Below, one piece after another: positions 9,717 to 18,562 of a DNA stretch of 25,287 bases (position 1 is its first letter; each line of letters opens with the position of its first letter). The position numbers and the translations under genes are program-made. The notes under the pieces were generated by a model. That model ran no database searches. It was not told the DNA's origin and saw only the letters and a list, made by a program, of their open reading frames with translations. Source of the stretch: Ignisphaera sp. (GTDB lineage Archaea > Thermoproteota > Thermoprotei_A > Sulfolobales > Ignisphaeraceae); contig JAWAHS010000011.1 in assembly GCA_038889075.1 (NCBI GenBank), positions 1 to 25,287 of the forward strand, given 5' to 3'.

Positions 9717-10682
9717 TTAGTATTCTCTCGACCTCTGGGTAACCTGGAACTGGGGTTCTGGGGTACTGTATGTTTTTAGCTGGCTTATGGTCTTCTTAAG
9801 TCCTTCTTCGAGTGGTGTTGGCTTGAGTTGGGTAAGCCTCACTATCTTGCTGATGTCGGCTACACTATGCGTTATGTCTCCAGGTCTTTGTGGCATACGT
9901 ACTATCGGTAGCTCCCTGCCCAATAGCTTCATGATGGTTCTAGCGAGCTCCTCGATCGTGATAGGCTTTCCCGAGCCGATGTTGTAGACTTCGTTGTCGA
10001 AGACATCTCCCCTAACTATGTGTTCGATCACTTTAGCTACGTCTTCAACGTACACGAAGTCTCTAGTCTGAGTTCCTTCGCCGTAGATTACTAGTGGCTC
10101 ACCCCTCGAGGTTTTCTCCAAGAAGACCGTTACGACACCGGCGTACGAAGAGCTCTGACCGGGTCCATACACGTTGAATAGCCTTAGGGTTGCGTACTTT
10201 AAGCCGTACGTAGATGCGAAGACCTTCAGCACTTCCTCTCCCTGAAGCTTGCTCAACCCGTAGGGCGATAGAGGTCTCGCTGGGTGGTCTTCACCGATGG
10301 GTAGCTTCAGCGGCTCTCCGTAGACTGCTGCCGAGCTTAGGTACACTAGCTTTATACCCCTCTTCCCGCACTCATAGCCAACCCTAGCGGTACCCAAGAC
10401 GTTGTTCTCAAAGTACTTAATGGGTTCTCTAACTGATTCCTCTACACTTACGTAAGCAGCAGCGTGCACCACTACATCGACACCACCGTAACTACTGTAT
10501 TCCCTAACATCAGCTCTTACAATAGGTATCCCGAGCTCTTCAAGCCTCCTCAAAGCAAAAGCACTCGACCTCTCCATAGTGTCAACAACTACAACATCGT
10601 AGCCCCTCTTAGCTAGGTAGCACGCTACGTTATGACCAATAAAACCCGCACCCCCAGTGATCAAGACCCTCACGAACACCAC
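9717..10682 (-). CDS. NAD-dependent nucleotide-sugar epimerase/dehydratase (GalE-like extended SDR)
   Basis: TGGAGFIG, HAAA, SSAAVYG, YGLSK (YxxxK), FNVYGP and RDFVYVED. Confidence 0.95.
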   Translation of the reverse strand: MVFVRVLITGGAGFIGHNVACYLAKRGYDVVVVDTMERSSAFALRRLEELGIPIVRADVREYSSYGGVDVVVHAAAYVSVEESVREPIKYFENNVLGTARVGYECGKRGIKLVYLSSAAVYGEPLKLPIGEDHPARPLSPYGLSKLQGEEVLKVFASTYGLKYATLRLFNVYGPGQSSSYAGVVTVFLEKTSRGEPLVIYGEGTQTRDFVYVEDVAKVIEHIVRGDVFDNEVYNIGSGKPITIEELARTIMKLLGRELPIVRMPQRPGDITHSVADISKIVRLTQLKPTPLEEGLKKTISQLKTYSTPEPQFQVTQRSREY

Positions 10683-10969
10683 CCTAGTGAGTAGATCTAG
10701 CCCTCAACAATCTACGAAGTCCTAGAGTTAGCATAGGGTTACCCCTTCATCAAGTTTCTCAATACATTTTTATAAGATGTATACATTTCAGTACAACCAT
10801 TATGCTTTATACCTAGAAGGTTAATAAAAAGGTAGAAACTATTAACGTAGTATGGTGCTCCTCGAGAAGTCATAGTATTTGGTTAATGTTCTACCTTGAA
10901 ACAATACGAAATATTCATAATGTTTAATCAACGTAATCTGCAACTCATATTAAACCAAGAGTTTAATCA

Positions 10970-11926
10970 ATGATCTCGAAAGCTTATATATATCTTCATC
11001 ATAGTCTTATTGGGAGAATTATGAATTCTCGTAGAAAATGTGAGAATAGTACTTGTAAGGGTTCTTGTATCAAGGACAAGAGCTTCGATGAAATCAAGAA
11101 GAAAGCAGAGTTCCTGAAGCAGATCTGGAATAGACTTAAAGAGGAGTTAAGGCCTCCGGAAGCTGAATTTACCTTTCTCTATCAAAATGAGTATGCACCA
11201 CTAATTGGAACAATATGTGATGAAAGAGTGAAAACAGAATATGCATGGAGATTTCCAGAATGGCTTAACAGTAAGTTGGGTGGAATAACCTTAGAGAAAA
11301 TCATTGAATTAGGTGAGAAAGGGGTTAGAGAATACTTAGAGGAATACTTCAAGAACAAATGGCCTAGCGGAATGAAGAAAGAAGATAGAGAAGATTACTT
11401 GAAGAAAATATCACGTTACATAGTAGAGGCCATGAATTTTCTTAAGAAAAGAGGAGTTACACCGATAACTATGTTCGAAAATAGAGAATATAAGGCAGCT
11501 GAGGTTTACTTCATGCTTCGACAATTTAACGGTATTGGTCCTAAGAAAGCTAAGATGATCACAAAGTACTTCCTTTTCACTAGCATGGATATTCTTAAAA
11601 ACTATCCTTGGTTTGATCAAATAAAAGCAAAGAATCCGGAATTCAAAGTATTGGGGGTAATAATGCCGCCTATAGATGTTCATGTAGTTAAAGTGTTCTG
11701 CCGAATCTTCGGGGAAGATCTAAGGAAAAGGAATTGGAATAAAGCAAAAAATGATCCAGACTTGATACAGGATATAGAAGCATTTTCTCAACTTGCTTTT
11801 CCAGATATACCTATGATTATTGACGAGATCTTTTGGAATATAGGTAGAAAGTATTGTGATGAAGAAAAACCAAAATGTCAAGAGTGTCCATTGAACAAGA
11901 TATGTGATGTGTACAAGAAAATATAG
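10970..11926 (+). CDS. HhH-GPD DNA glycosylase/endonuclease III superfamily protein with [4Fe-4S] motif
   Basis: HhH FNGIGPKKA, catalytic Asp in PIDVHV, and C-x6-C-x2-C-x5-C (CDEEKPKCQECPLNKIC). The likely start is ATG 11021, with a TATA-like TTATATA at ~10984. Confidence 0.88.
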   Translation: MISKAYIYLHHSLIGRIMNSRRKCENSTCKGSCIKDKSFDEIKKKAEFLKQIWNRLKEELRPPEAEFTFLYQNEYAPLIGTICDERVKTEYAWRFPEWLNSKLGGITLEKIIELGEKGVREYLEEYFKNKWPSGMKKEDREDYLKKISRYIVEAMNFLKKRGVTPITMFENREYKAAEVYFMLRQFNGIGPKKAKMITKYFLFTSMDILKNYPWFDQIKAKNPEFKVLGVIMPPIDVHVVKVFCRIFGEDLRKRNWNKAKNDPDLIQDIEAFSQLAFPDIPMIIDEIFWNIGRKYCDEEKPKCQECPLNKICDVYKKI

Positions 11927-12889
11927 TGCTTCTATATATATGCATCTATAGCCAAAAGAAGAGTAGTATGTACGAGAGTTGAAGATTTTTATTTCTCGAA
12001 ATCAGTAACTTTTAACTCTTATAATATCTTATGTGAGGAGATTTATTGATGTATATAGCTCTAGGGGTTTATCCTGTGCTATCTTAGTTAGATAAGGCTA
12101 TTGTTCTAGGTTCTACTGTAGAACTATGTGATGATGTCTTGTGTTTGGGAAGAGATGTAAAAGCTGTTTTAGTGTATAAAGTGTTTGTTGAAGGAGATAA
12201 ACCATTAGCTGAGGAGAGCAATATATGCTTTAGAGATCTCTGGCTAGGATATTTTCTCAGTTAATGATACACCATGTTGAGAGAATTCTAATGTGTTTCT
12301 AATACATTATAGAGTGAAGTTTTACATAAAGATTCTTCAATTAGTGTTAGAGAGATACAGCATTATTTAATACAAAGAAGATGCTCTATCATATGTATAA
12401 AAGAACCTGATAAGAACAATTACCGAGCTGAAAAGCTTCGTGGACAGCTCTTGTGATAGATAATTCAATTCATAGAGTCTATACACAATCTCCTATTTCG
12501 ATAAACAAATTTTTAGAGAATAAATCCATGATTCTACCAATCTAGGTTCCTAGCTTTCTCTTCGATCTTAGTAAAGCAGTAGTTGTGGCAATGAGGCTTA
12601 GATTAGGAGGAGAGAAAAGATCTACAAAAATTGAAAAGATGCTTATCAACAGTATATTTCTCTCAGTATTGTCCTCATTTCATTGCTCTACTCTCCATGT
12701 CTCTAAGCTTTAGATTCTCGTATTCATGGAAGAAGATCTCTAGAAGGCAGAAGATGACCTAGCCAATGTATAAGCTAATGTTTAGTATCAATTCATTTGC
12801 ATAAATTGATAGAAAAGCATAAGAGGTCATCAAGCTTCTCTGTAGCAATGTTGAAGTATAGATGTCCTAGACCTAACTGATTGTACATC

Positions 12890-13200
12890 TATCCAAGAAT
12901 AAAATCCCTGGTTTATGTTTTCAACACTCTGCTAAAGCTTTGTTGTAGAACCTAGATCTTCATCGCTGAACTAATGTAGGAAACCCTTGAATTCAAAACC
13001 TCTTTAAATAATGAGTTTGGTGTAAGAGCGAGATCTATGATTATTTGCTCAACATCTGGGTTACCTATTCAGCTTTAACCACGGTGATCAGGTGTACTAC
13101 TGTAGACTTGAGGAGGTTTTCGCTGGGGTTGACTGCAACATATTCACTGTCCACTCCTTCGTTTTATGCCAAATGATCCAGCATGGGATCCAATATCCCT
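12890..13200 (-). pseudogene. Possible relic of a class I SAM-dependent methyltransferase
   Basis: Minus-strand fragments occur in the expected order but in broken frames: DIGSHAGSF (13197-13171), EYVAVNPSENLL, ALAEC*KHKPGILFL. Boundaries are approximate. Confidence 0.35.
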
Positions 13201-13281
13201 AGTTTTAGAGCTCTACACAGACTCTGAGATATTTATTACCTATTCTTAGCTATTAAAGTAGTGTGAAATGGTGTATTAGTA

Positions 13282-14223
13282 ATGTTCTCGGGTAGTCTTC
13301 GTGGAAAAGAATTCACATTTACTCTCATTTTATCAGCTATATTCACAGTAGCTCTATTCTACTCTACTCTTGAAGCACCAATACTTCTAGATAAAGTGCT
13401 TCACCAGTACTTTCCCGAAGTATTCTACGATGTAGAGGCTATAGAAAGAGTCCTCAGCATACTGAGGCCTGTTGGCTACACAACACTAGCTATAACCATT
13501 GTTCTAATACTACTGGGTTTCATGATTAAGAAAGGTATCTTAGCTTCTCTAGGCTCTCTAGTTTTGTACATCCCTACGTTTGGTTATTTTGCATACGCTA
13601 TGTTCTTTCAAACAGGTTTAGGGGTTTTAAGAACTCTCTGGCTACCACTACTTGAACTCTCCCCTTCAACTTTAAAACTAGGGTGTGTAGTGTATCTACC
13701 CTTCTCGGTTGTTCCACATGCACCTCTCATAGGACTGGTTATTACGCTTATCGGTCTCTTCATATTCCTACTAGGTGTAACTACATGGCTCTATGGAAGA
13801 TTCAAAGGATACGAAATCATAGACTTCTGGATTTATAGATATAGTAGACATCCCCAGTACCTTGGATTCATACTCTGGAGCTACGGTCTACTAATATTCG
13901 TAAGCAACAAAGCCTACGTGAGAGGAGCATTCACAACACCACCAGCACTCATATGGCTCATATCAACAATACTCGTGATAGAGATAGCACTCACCGAGGA
14001 ACTCGAAATGAAGAAGAAGTATGGAGAGAAATACGAAGAGTACTGTAGGAAAACCCCATTCATGATCCCTCTACCAGGAATACTAACTAGAGCCATAAAA
14101 ACACCCTTAAAACTCATAGGTGGATACCTAAGAAGTGTAAGAGAAATAGCTTTTGCAATAACCCTGTACACAACTATATTCATTGCAGTCTCCTACATTC
14201 TCATGCTAATGTCGCTTTGTTAA
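13282..14223 (+). CDS. Membrane methyltransferase-like protein (ICMT/PEMT/DUF1295 family)
   Basis: IYRYSRHPQYLG and EE...KKKYGEKYEEYCRKTPFMIP motifs; multiple TMs. Confidence 0.85.
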   Translation: MFSGSLRGKEFTFTLILSAIFTVALFYSTLEAPILLDKVLHQYFPEVFYDVEAIERVLSILRPVGYTTLAITIVLILLGFMIKKGILASLGSLVLYIPTFGYFAYAMFFQTGLGVLRTLWLPLLELSPSTLKLGCVVYLPFSVVPHAPLIGLVITLIGLFIFLLGVTTWLYGRFKGYEIIDFWIYRYSRHPQYLGFILWSYGLLIFVSNKAYVRGAFTTPPALIWLISTILVIEIALTEELEMKKKYGEKYEEYCRKTPFMIPLPGILTRAIKTPLKLIGGYLRSVREIAFAITLYTTIFIAVSYILMLMSLC

Positions 14224-14943
14224 TTCTAGATACTTGAGAGAATAATACCCAGAAACATCGCAAGTACACTAGGTACGTTTTACCTTATAGCGTATACATC
14301 TTCTTATTCCAACGTTAATCGTTAATAGCTAAGTTTGACTAGTTTCCATGAGAAACTTAGCTATATTTCACAGAGCTACCTTAACAACTCTAATGATATT
14401 CCAATTTATTAAAAGCTGAAGACTTGGAAAGCGCTATCCGAAGGGCGGATACATCATCTTACAGGAACGAACGTATAATTTTCGTTGATAATGTTATATG
14501 TGTTCATGAAAAGGTATAAACAGGTATCGTAGATTAGGGTTTGCATAGAAGATTATATCACAGATTTCGTAGGATGATTCTTCGTTTAACTTATCCCTAA
14601 ACCCTAGTTGAAAACGGCTTCACAACAAGTCTTTATATTATCTTGATAATTGAGCCACACAATCGACTAAACAGGTCTACGCTTCTTCTTGTTTAACTCT
14701 TTAAAAGCTTTAGCAATCTCAATGTTGAAACTCCTCAGGGCACGTATGAGAATACTTGGTGACTGTAAGCCTTAATCGTTTCTGTTAATCACCATTAATG
14801 GAATACTGCTAGTCGAATGCCCTCGTGTTTTCAATTAAGACTTAGTGCTACCGTTTAAAACGCTAGAGATGTTTTGGAATATGAGTTGTATACACACATC
14901 TGTAAATTTAAATCTCTACTTAGTGACTCGAATAAGCTTGGCG

Positions 14944-14983
14944 AAAAAGTTTTAAGTAACCATGTTACTAGGTATACTAGGTA
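14944..14983 (+). promoter_or_regulatory. BRE/TATA promoter with a putative antitoxin operator
   Basis: AAAAAG-TTTTAAG ~35-45 nt before ATG 14990, followed by the inverted repeat AGTAAC-cat-GTTACT (14955-14969) and tandem TACTAGGTA x2 (14966-14983). Confidence 0.55.
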
Positions 14984-14989
14984 CACTAT

Positions 14990-15241
14990 ATGGGTGTCTC
15001 AGTGTCTATTAAGGTTCGTAGAGAGCTTGTTGAACTAGCTGATAAAATGGTTAAATACGGTATTGCTAGAAGTAGATCACATGCTTTCAACATAATGATA
15101 GAGAAGGGTTTAGCTGAGGTTACCAGAGAGGTTGAGTACTGGGATAGCATCTATAGAAAAGTAGAGGAGCTAGAGAAGCAAGGATACAAACTAAGACACG
15201 GTGGCTTAAACCAGGTTTTACAAGAGGAGAGAACAAGGTAG
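14990..15241 (+). CDS. vapB: VapB-type antitoxin (RHH/CopG-like)
   Basis: 83 aa; N-terminal beta strand VSVSIKV, then helices with SRSHA; C-terminal LQEER; directly upstream of a PIN gene. Confidence 0.8.
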   Translation: MGVSVSIKVRRELVELADKMVKYGIARSRSHAFNIMIEKGLAEVTREVEYWDSIYRKVEELEKQGYKLRHGGLNQVLQEERTR

Positions 15242-15267
15242 ATCCGGTATTACGCTGGGTTGATTAA

Positions 15268-15684
15268 ATGATCTACGTAGATACTAATCTAATTGTATCC
15301 TATATTGATGAAGCCGACCCTAATCACGAGAAAGCCGCTGAGCTAATTAAGGCAATAAAATAGAGAAGTATATCCAGATTAACACTTGTAGAGCTAGCAT
15401 CTGTTTTCTCGAGAGCTGGACTAGAAGAACCTGTAGCTCTAGCACTCTACTCTATAAGAAGCGTTAAAGCAGATAAAGTTCAGGTAGACTTCAATGAGCT
15501 TTTGAACCAAGCAGTAAAATATGCACCTATTCTAAGGCTTAGAACACTAGACCTACTACACCTAGTAGCAAGCTTACTAACTGAATGCAGAAAATTCGCT
15601 ACACTAGATACAGATATAATCAAGAAATCCGATATCATCTCAAAAACATTGGGTATAGAGGTATTAATACCAAAGAAGACTTAA
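15268..15684 (+). pseudogene. vapC: VapC PIN-domain toxin with one in-frame TAG at codon 32
   Basis: Manual translation gives MIYVDTNLIVSYIDEADPNHEKAAELIKAIK*RSISRLTLVELASVFSR...LRTLDLLHLVA...FATLDTD...; TAG is at 15361-15363. Confidence 0.88.
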
Positions 15685-15735
15685 CTCTACAAACATCAAC
15701 CACGTTTAAAATACGGTGATATCTAGTGATCGACT

Positions 15736-15923
15736 TCAAGCATTTATGTGTATGTTTATCTCCATAACTCCAGGTACTTCACCGATATTCCAGAGGCTTA
15801 AGGATATCTTGATCAAGCTATTGTAGGCCTGCATGTATAGCTGTTGTATGTATTCGCTACCAGATTCTTCGATATACATCTTTACAACTTACTAATGTCT
15901 AAGTAAACTATCTTCTCTCTCAT
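15736..15923 (-). pseudogene. vapC: Second VapC PIN toxin, frameshifted and truncated
   Basis: MREKIVYLDISKL* (15923-15882), then a shifted frame VKMYIEESGSEYIQQLYMQAYNSLIKISLSLWNIGEVPGV...* (15885-15736). This matches the YLDxSxxVKxYxxExGS...SxWNIGEV VapC subtype. Confidence 0.78.
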
Positions 15924-16050
15924 TCCGCATCTCTCTAACAAGTTCACTAACGGGAGTCTTCGCCTTAATAGGTTTGAAATCCGGTTCCGTATCTAACCCA
16001 TTAACAAGCTCCCTAACCACAGCCTCTAGATCCACCATAAGCTCCTCCAT
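15892..16050 (-). pseudogene. C-terminal remnant of a VapB-type antitoxin
   Basis: MEELMVDLEAVVRELVNGLDTEPDFKPIKAKTPVSELVREMRNEREDSLLRH*; the VSELVREMRxER ending overlaps the toxin start; no intact N-terminal DNA-binding part. Confidence 0.65.
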
Positions 16051-16304
16051 AAGAAGATCCTTAGCTTACAGTCTTTTTTAGTTGCATCTCGTGGCTGTGT
16101 TCTACTTGAAGAGGTTTTAAGCTTTCCACAGAAGTGTTTTTCAACCTCTCCGAGGGAAAGTCCATGGAACCTCGGTAGCTAGTAGAAGTGTTCTCGGAGG
16201 TGAGCTTATGTGGGGAACTGTTGAGAAATAAGTGGTTAAGAGGCTTAATGTGAGAGAACACTAACCCATGAAAACGGTAATCATGTATAGGGAGCGTGGA
16301 GGGG

Positions 16305-16392
16305 TGGCGCCGGGGGCGGGATTTGAACCCGCGCGGGGTGTTCCCCCACCGGCTTAGCAGGCCGGCGCCCTACCAGGCTAGGCGACCCCGGC
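16305..16392 (-). tRNA. tRNA-Ser(GCT), intronless, CCA encoded
   Basis: Reverse complement reads GCCGGGG...CCGGC-CT-GCT-AA-GCCGG, long variable arm, GGTTCAAATCC, CCCCGGC-G-CCA. Confidence 0.97.
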
Positions 16393-16523
16393 ATTGTTTG
16401 GTGAATTCTGTGTGTATGTTTTTCTGTATGGAATTAGTTTTATAAAGCTTAATGATCTGTGTGGTTTATTTGTCTCACTGTTCTTATGTTCTATCGGTAT
16501 TCTAGGTTTTTCTAGGGTTTTTA

Positions 16524-17582
16524 GTGCCTAGGATAGATGTTGGTAGAGCTCCTATAGAGTATGTTGATGGTGATCCTAAGGCTGTTGTTGAGAAGTTTTT
16601 AGCTGTTTTAGAGGCTTCGGGTGCTGATGGGAAGACCGTTAAGAGCTATAGGGCTGCTCTAAACGATTTTTTCAATTTTGTTGGTTGGAAGCCCTTTAAA
16701 TCCATTACCTATGACGATATATATACGTGGAGGCTTGAGAGGCTTAGGAGAGGGTTTCCAGGTGCTAAGTATGGTGATAGGAGGTCTAGGGAGAATACGC
16801 TATACTACTATACACTGTTTCTCAGGAGATTCTTCGAATGGCTTAATCTAGATATAAGGTTTCCGAGCATCAGAAGACCTAGGAGGAGGGAGATACAGAC
16901 CCTTAAACCTGAGGAGATACACAGACTTTTTGCCGCTGCTAGAGACCATCTAGATCTACTAGTACTGTCACTCCTTCTCGAAACAGGTCTCAGAGCTGAA
17001 GAAGCTCTAAGCCTCAGGTATAGCGATATAGATTTGAAAAGTAGGGAGATTAGGGTTAGAAATGCGAAATTCGATGAGGAGAGAGTGGTATTCATAGGCG
17101 ATATCACAGCACAGATACTCACACAGATAATCAGTTTAAAGATGCCTACACCTGAAGCCAGGGTACTGCCCATAAGCTACAGCGGTCTGTATAAAAGGCT
17201 GAAGAGTCTAGCCAAAAGAGCAGGGATAGATGCAAATAAAGTAAGACCGCATATAATGAGACACACCTTTGCTACAGAAGCTCTTAAGAAGGGACTGAAT
17301 ATAGTATCCCTACAGCAGATCCTAGGACACAGAGACCTAAAAACAACGGAAATCTATCTACATCTACTACACGATGATGTAAAAGATCACTACCTGAAGA
17401 CATTTAGAAGTATAATAGCCTCTACAACACCGCCACAGACAACAGCCGCTCCACCTCAAGGCCTATATAGCATACCGGTACAGCAACAGCCATACACTAC
17501 ACAGAATCTGTGTCCATACTGCCACTCATCGGTACCTCCAAACGCTAGATTCTGTCCATACTGTGGAGCTAGACTCTACTAG
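16524..17582 (+). CDS. xerA: XerA-like tyrosine recombinase with a C-terminal zinc ribbon
   Basis: N-terminal TVKSYRAAL; catalytic set ETGLR, K (NAKF), HIMRH, LGH and TTEIY all present; tail CPYC-x10-CPYCG. Confidence 0.85.
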   Translation: MPRIDVGRAPIEYVDGDPKAVVEKFLAVLEASGADGKTVKSYRAALNDFFNFVGWKPFKSITYDDIYTWRLERLRRGFPGAKYGDRRSRENTLYYYTLFLRRFFEWLNLDIRFPSIRRPRRREIQTLKPEEIHRLFAAARDHLDLLVLSLLLETGLRAEEALSLRYSDIDLKSREIRVRNAKFDEERVVFIGDITAQILTQIISLKMPTPEARVLPISYSGLYKRLKSLAKRAGIDANKVRPHIMRHTFATEALKKGLNIVSLQQILGHRDLKTTEIYLHLLHDDVKDHYLKTFRSIIASTTPPQTTAAPPQGLYSIPVQQQPYTTQNLCPYCHSSVPPNARFCPYCGARLY

Positions 17583-17583
17583 C

Positions 17584-17660
17584 TCAACCTATACACCACT
17601 AGGTGGAATAGCCATCCATATGCTGTGTATAGGCTGGAGAGCCGCTGTCCTATAGGTTGA
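17584..17660. repeat. Nested inverted repeats between convergent genes
   Basis: TCAACCTATA (17584-17593) / TATAGGTTGA (17651-17660) and CCTATACAC (17588-17596) / GTGTATAGG (17625-17633). Confidence 0.5.
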
Positions 17661-17667
17661 TTAGATA

Positions 17668-18012
17668 CTAGCCCTCCTCTGGAATCAGCTCTCCATCGTA
17701 TTCATCTGAACCCAGCAGTTTGTACCGCCCATCTTCACTAGCGATAACAATGCCCTCATCTTCTAATCTTATAATACATCTTCTAATCTTATCCTCACTA
17801 GCTATTCCAGCAAGTCTGCTGTGCATCTCCTTCAAGGTTTTCGGACCCTCTCTCAACATATCAAGTACAATATCTTTCAACTCATCCTCGTTGGGAGCAG
17901 TTATAACAACTATCTCAGGATCCTCGTATATGATTCTTAGACCTAGATCTGTCCCTTGAATGCGCTCTCTATCATATTGAATAACCTTTTCACTCGACCC
18001 CCTTCTACTCAT
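17668..18012 (-). CDS. Winged-helix (ArsR-like) DNA-binding protein
   Basis: IVLDMLREGPKTLKEMHSRL...SEDKIRRCIIRLEDEGIV...DGRYKL is a wHTH pattern; acidic tail. Confidence 0.8.
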   Translation of the reverse strand: MSRRGSSEKVIQYDRERIQGTDLGLRIIYEDPEIVVITAPNEDELKDIVLDMLREGPKTLKEMHSRLAGIASEDKIRRCIIRLEDEGIVIASEDGRYKLLGSDEYDGELIPEEG

Positions 18013-18179
18013 AGTGTGTATACACCTAGCTTAAGCTATTGGATCTCCAGTTCATCGGTATGTGTATTCAATATACTGTAGCTTTTCCTAAAAGTATTTA
18101 AAGGCTTTACATAAATAAAGTGTTCTACCTTTTATTAACAGTAAAACCCAGGAATTTTCCTATACAGGTGCATAGATCT

Positions 18180-18557
18180 ATGCCCTGTCCATGGTATCAG
18201 CATGGCATGTGTACATCGCCGAAGCTAGCTGAACCAACGGATGCTATAGTATCTGTAGAGAGGTGCTCCTCTGAAAACCTCTATAGAAACTGCTCGTACT
18301 ATGTAGAACAGTCGACCTTTAATCAGAGGCGGCAGCATTCAAGGAGGGAGCGCATGGTAAAGGTATACCCCCCTATACATGCATTGCCACAGAATGAAAA
18401 GATCGAGTGTGTTGATGCGGAGCTCATTAATCTGGAAAATGGTGTGAGAATTGCATACTGTCGTATTCTCGATAGACCTCTCACAAGATATGAGGTTCCT
18501 ATATGTAATAGAAGCTGGCAGCAGTGTGCCTACAGACTCGCTACACCAATAGAATAG
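18180..18557 (+). CDS. Cys-rich putative metal-binding protein
   Basis: ATG 18180 follows GGTG; eight Cys in two groups of four (CPWY..MCTSP..C..CSYY; EC..AYC..IC..QCAYR). Confidence 0.75.
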   Translation: MPCPWYQHGMCTSPKLAEPTDAIVSVERCSSENLYRNCSYYVEQSTFNQRRQHSRRERMVKVYPPIHALPQNEKIECVDAELINLENGVRIAYCRILDRPLTRYEVPICNRSWQQCAYRLATPIE

Positions 18558-18562
18558 AGATG

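Noticed and set aside
14224-14940. Non-coding stretch with a minus-strand fragment (ILIRALRSFNIEIAKAFKELNKKKRRPV) and a TATCCG/CGGATA hairpin
   Set aside because: Probably decayed gene sequence, but no family could be recognised.
15361-15363. Pyrrolysine or genetic-code reassignment as an explanation for the vapC TAG
   Set aside because: TAG is the normal stop of many genes here (e.g. 410, 1561, 17582, 20648) and no pyl genes are present in the window.
16061-16261. 66-aa minus-strand ORF downstream of tRNA-Ser
   Set aside because: No motif; at most its last codons belong to the eroded antitoxin N-terminus.
16393-17667. Xer gene as the integrase of an intact provirus, or a nearby dif site
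   Set aside because: The gene is on the 5' side of the tRNA, is not split SSV-style, has no viral neighbours or att duplication, and I found no 11-6-11 dif-like palindrome by eye.
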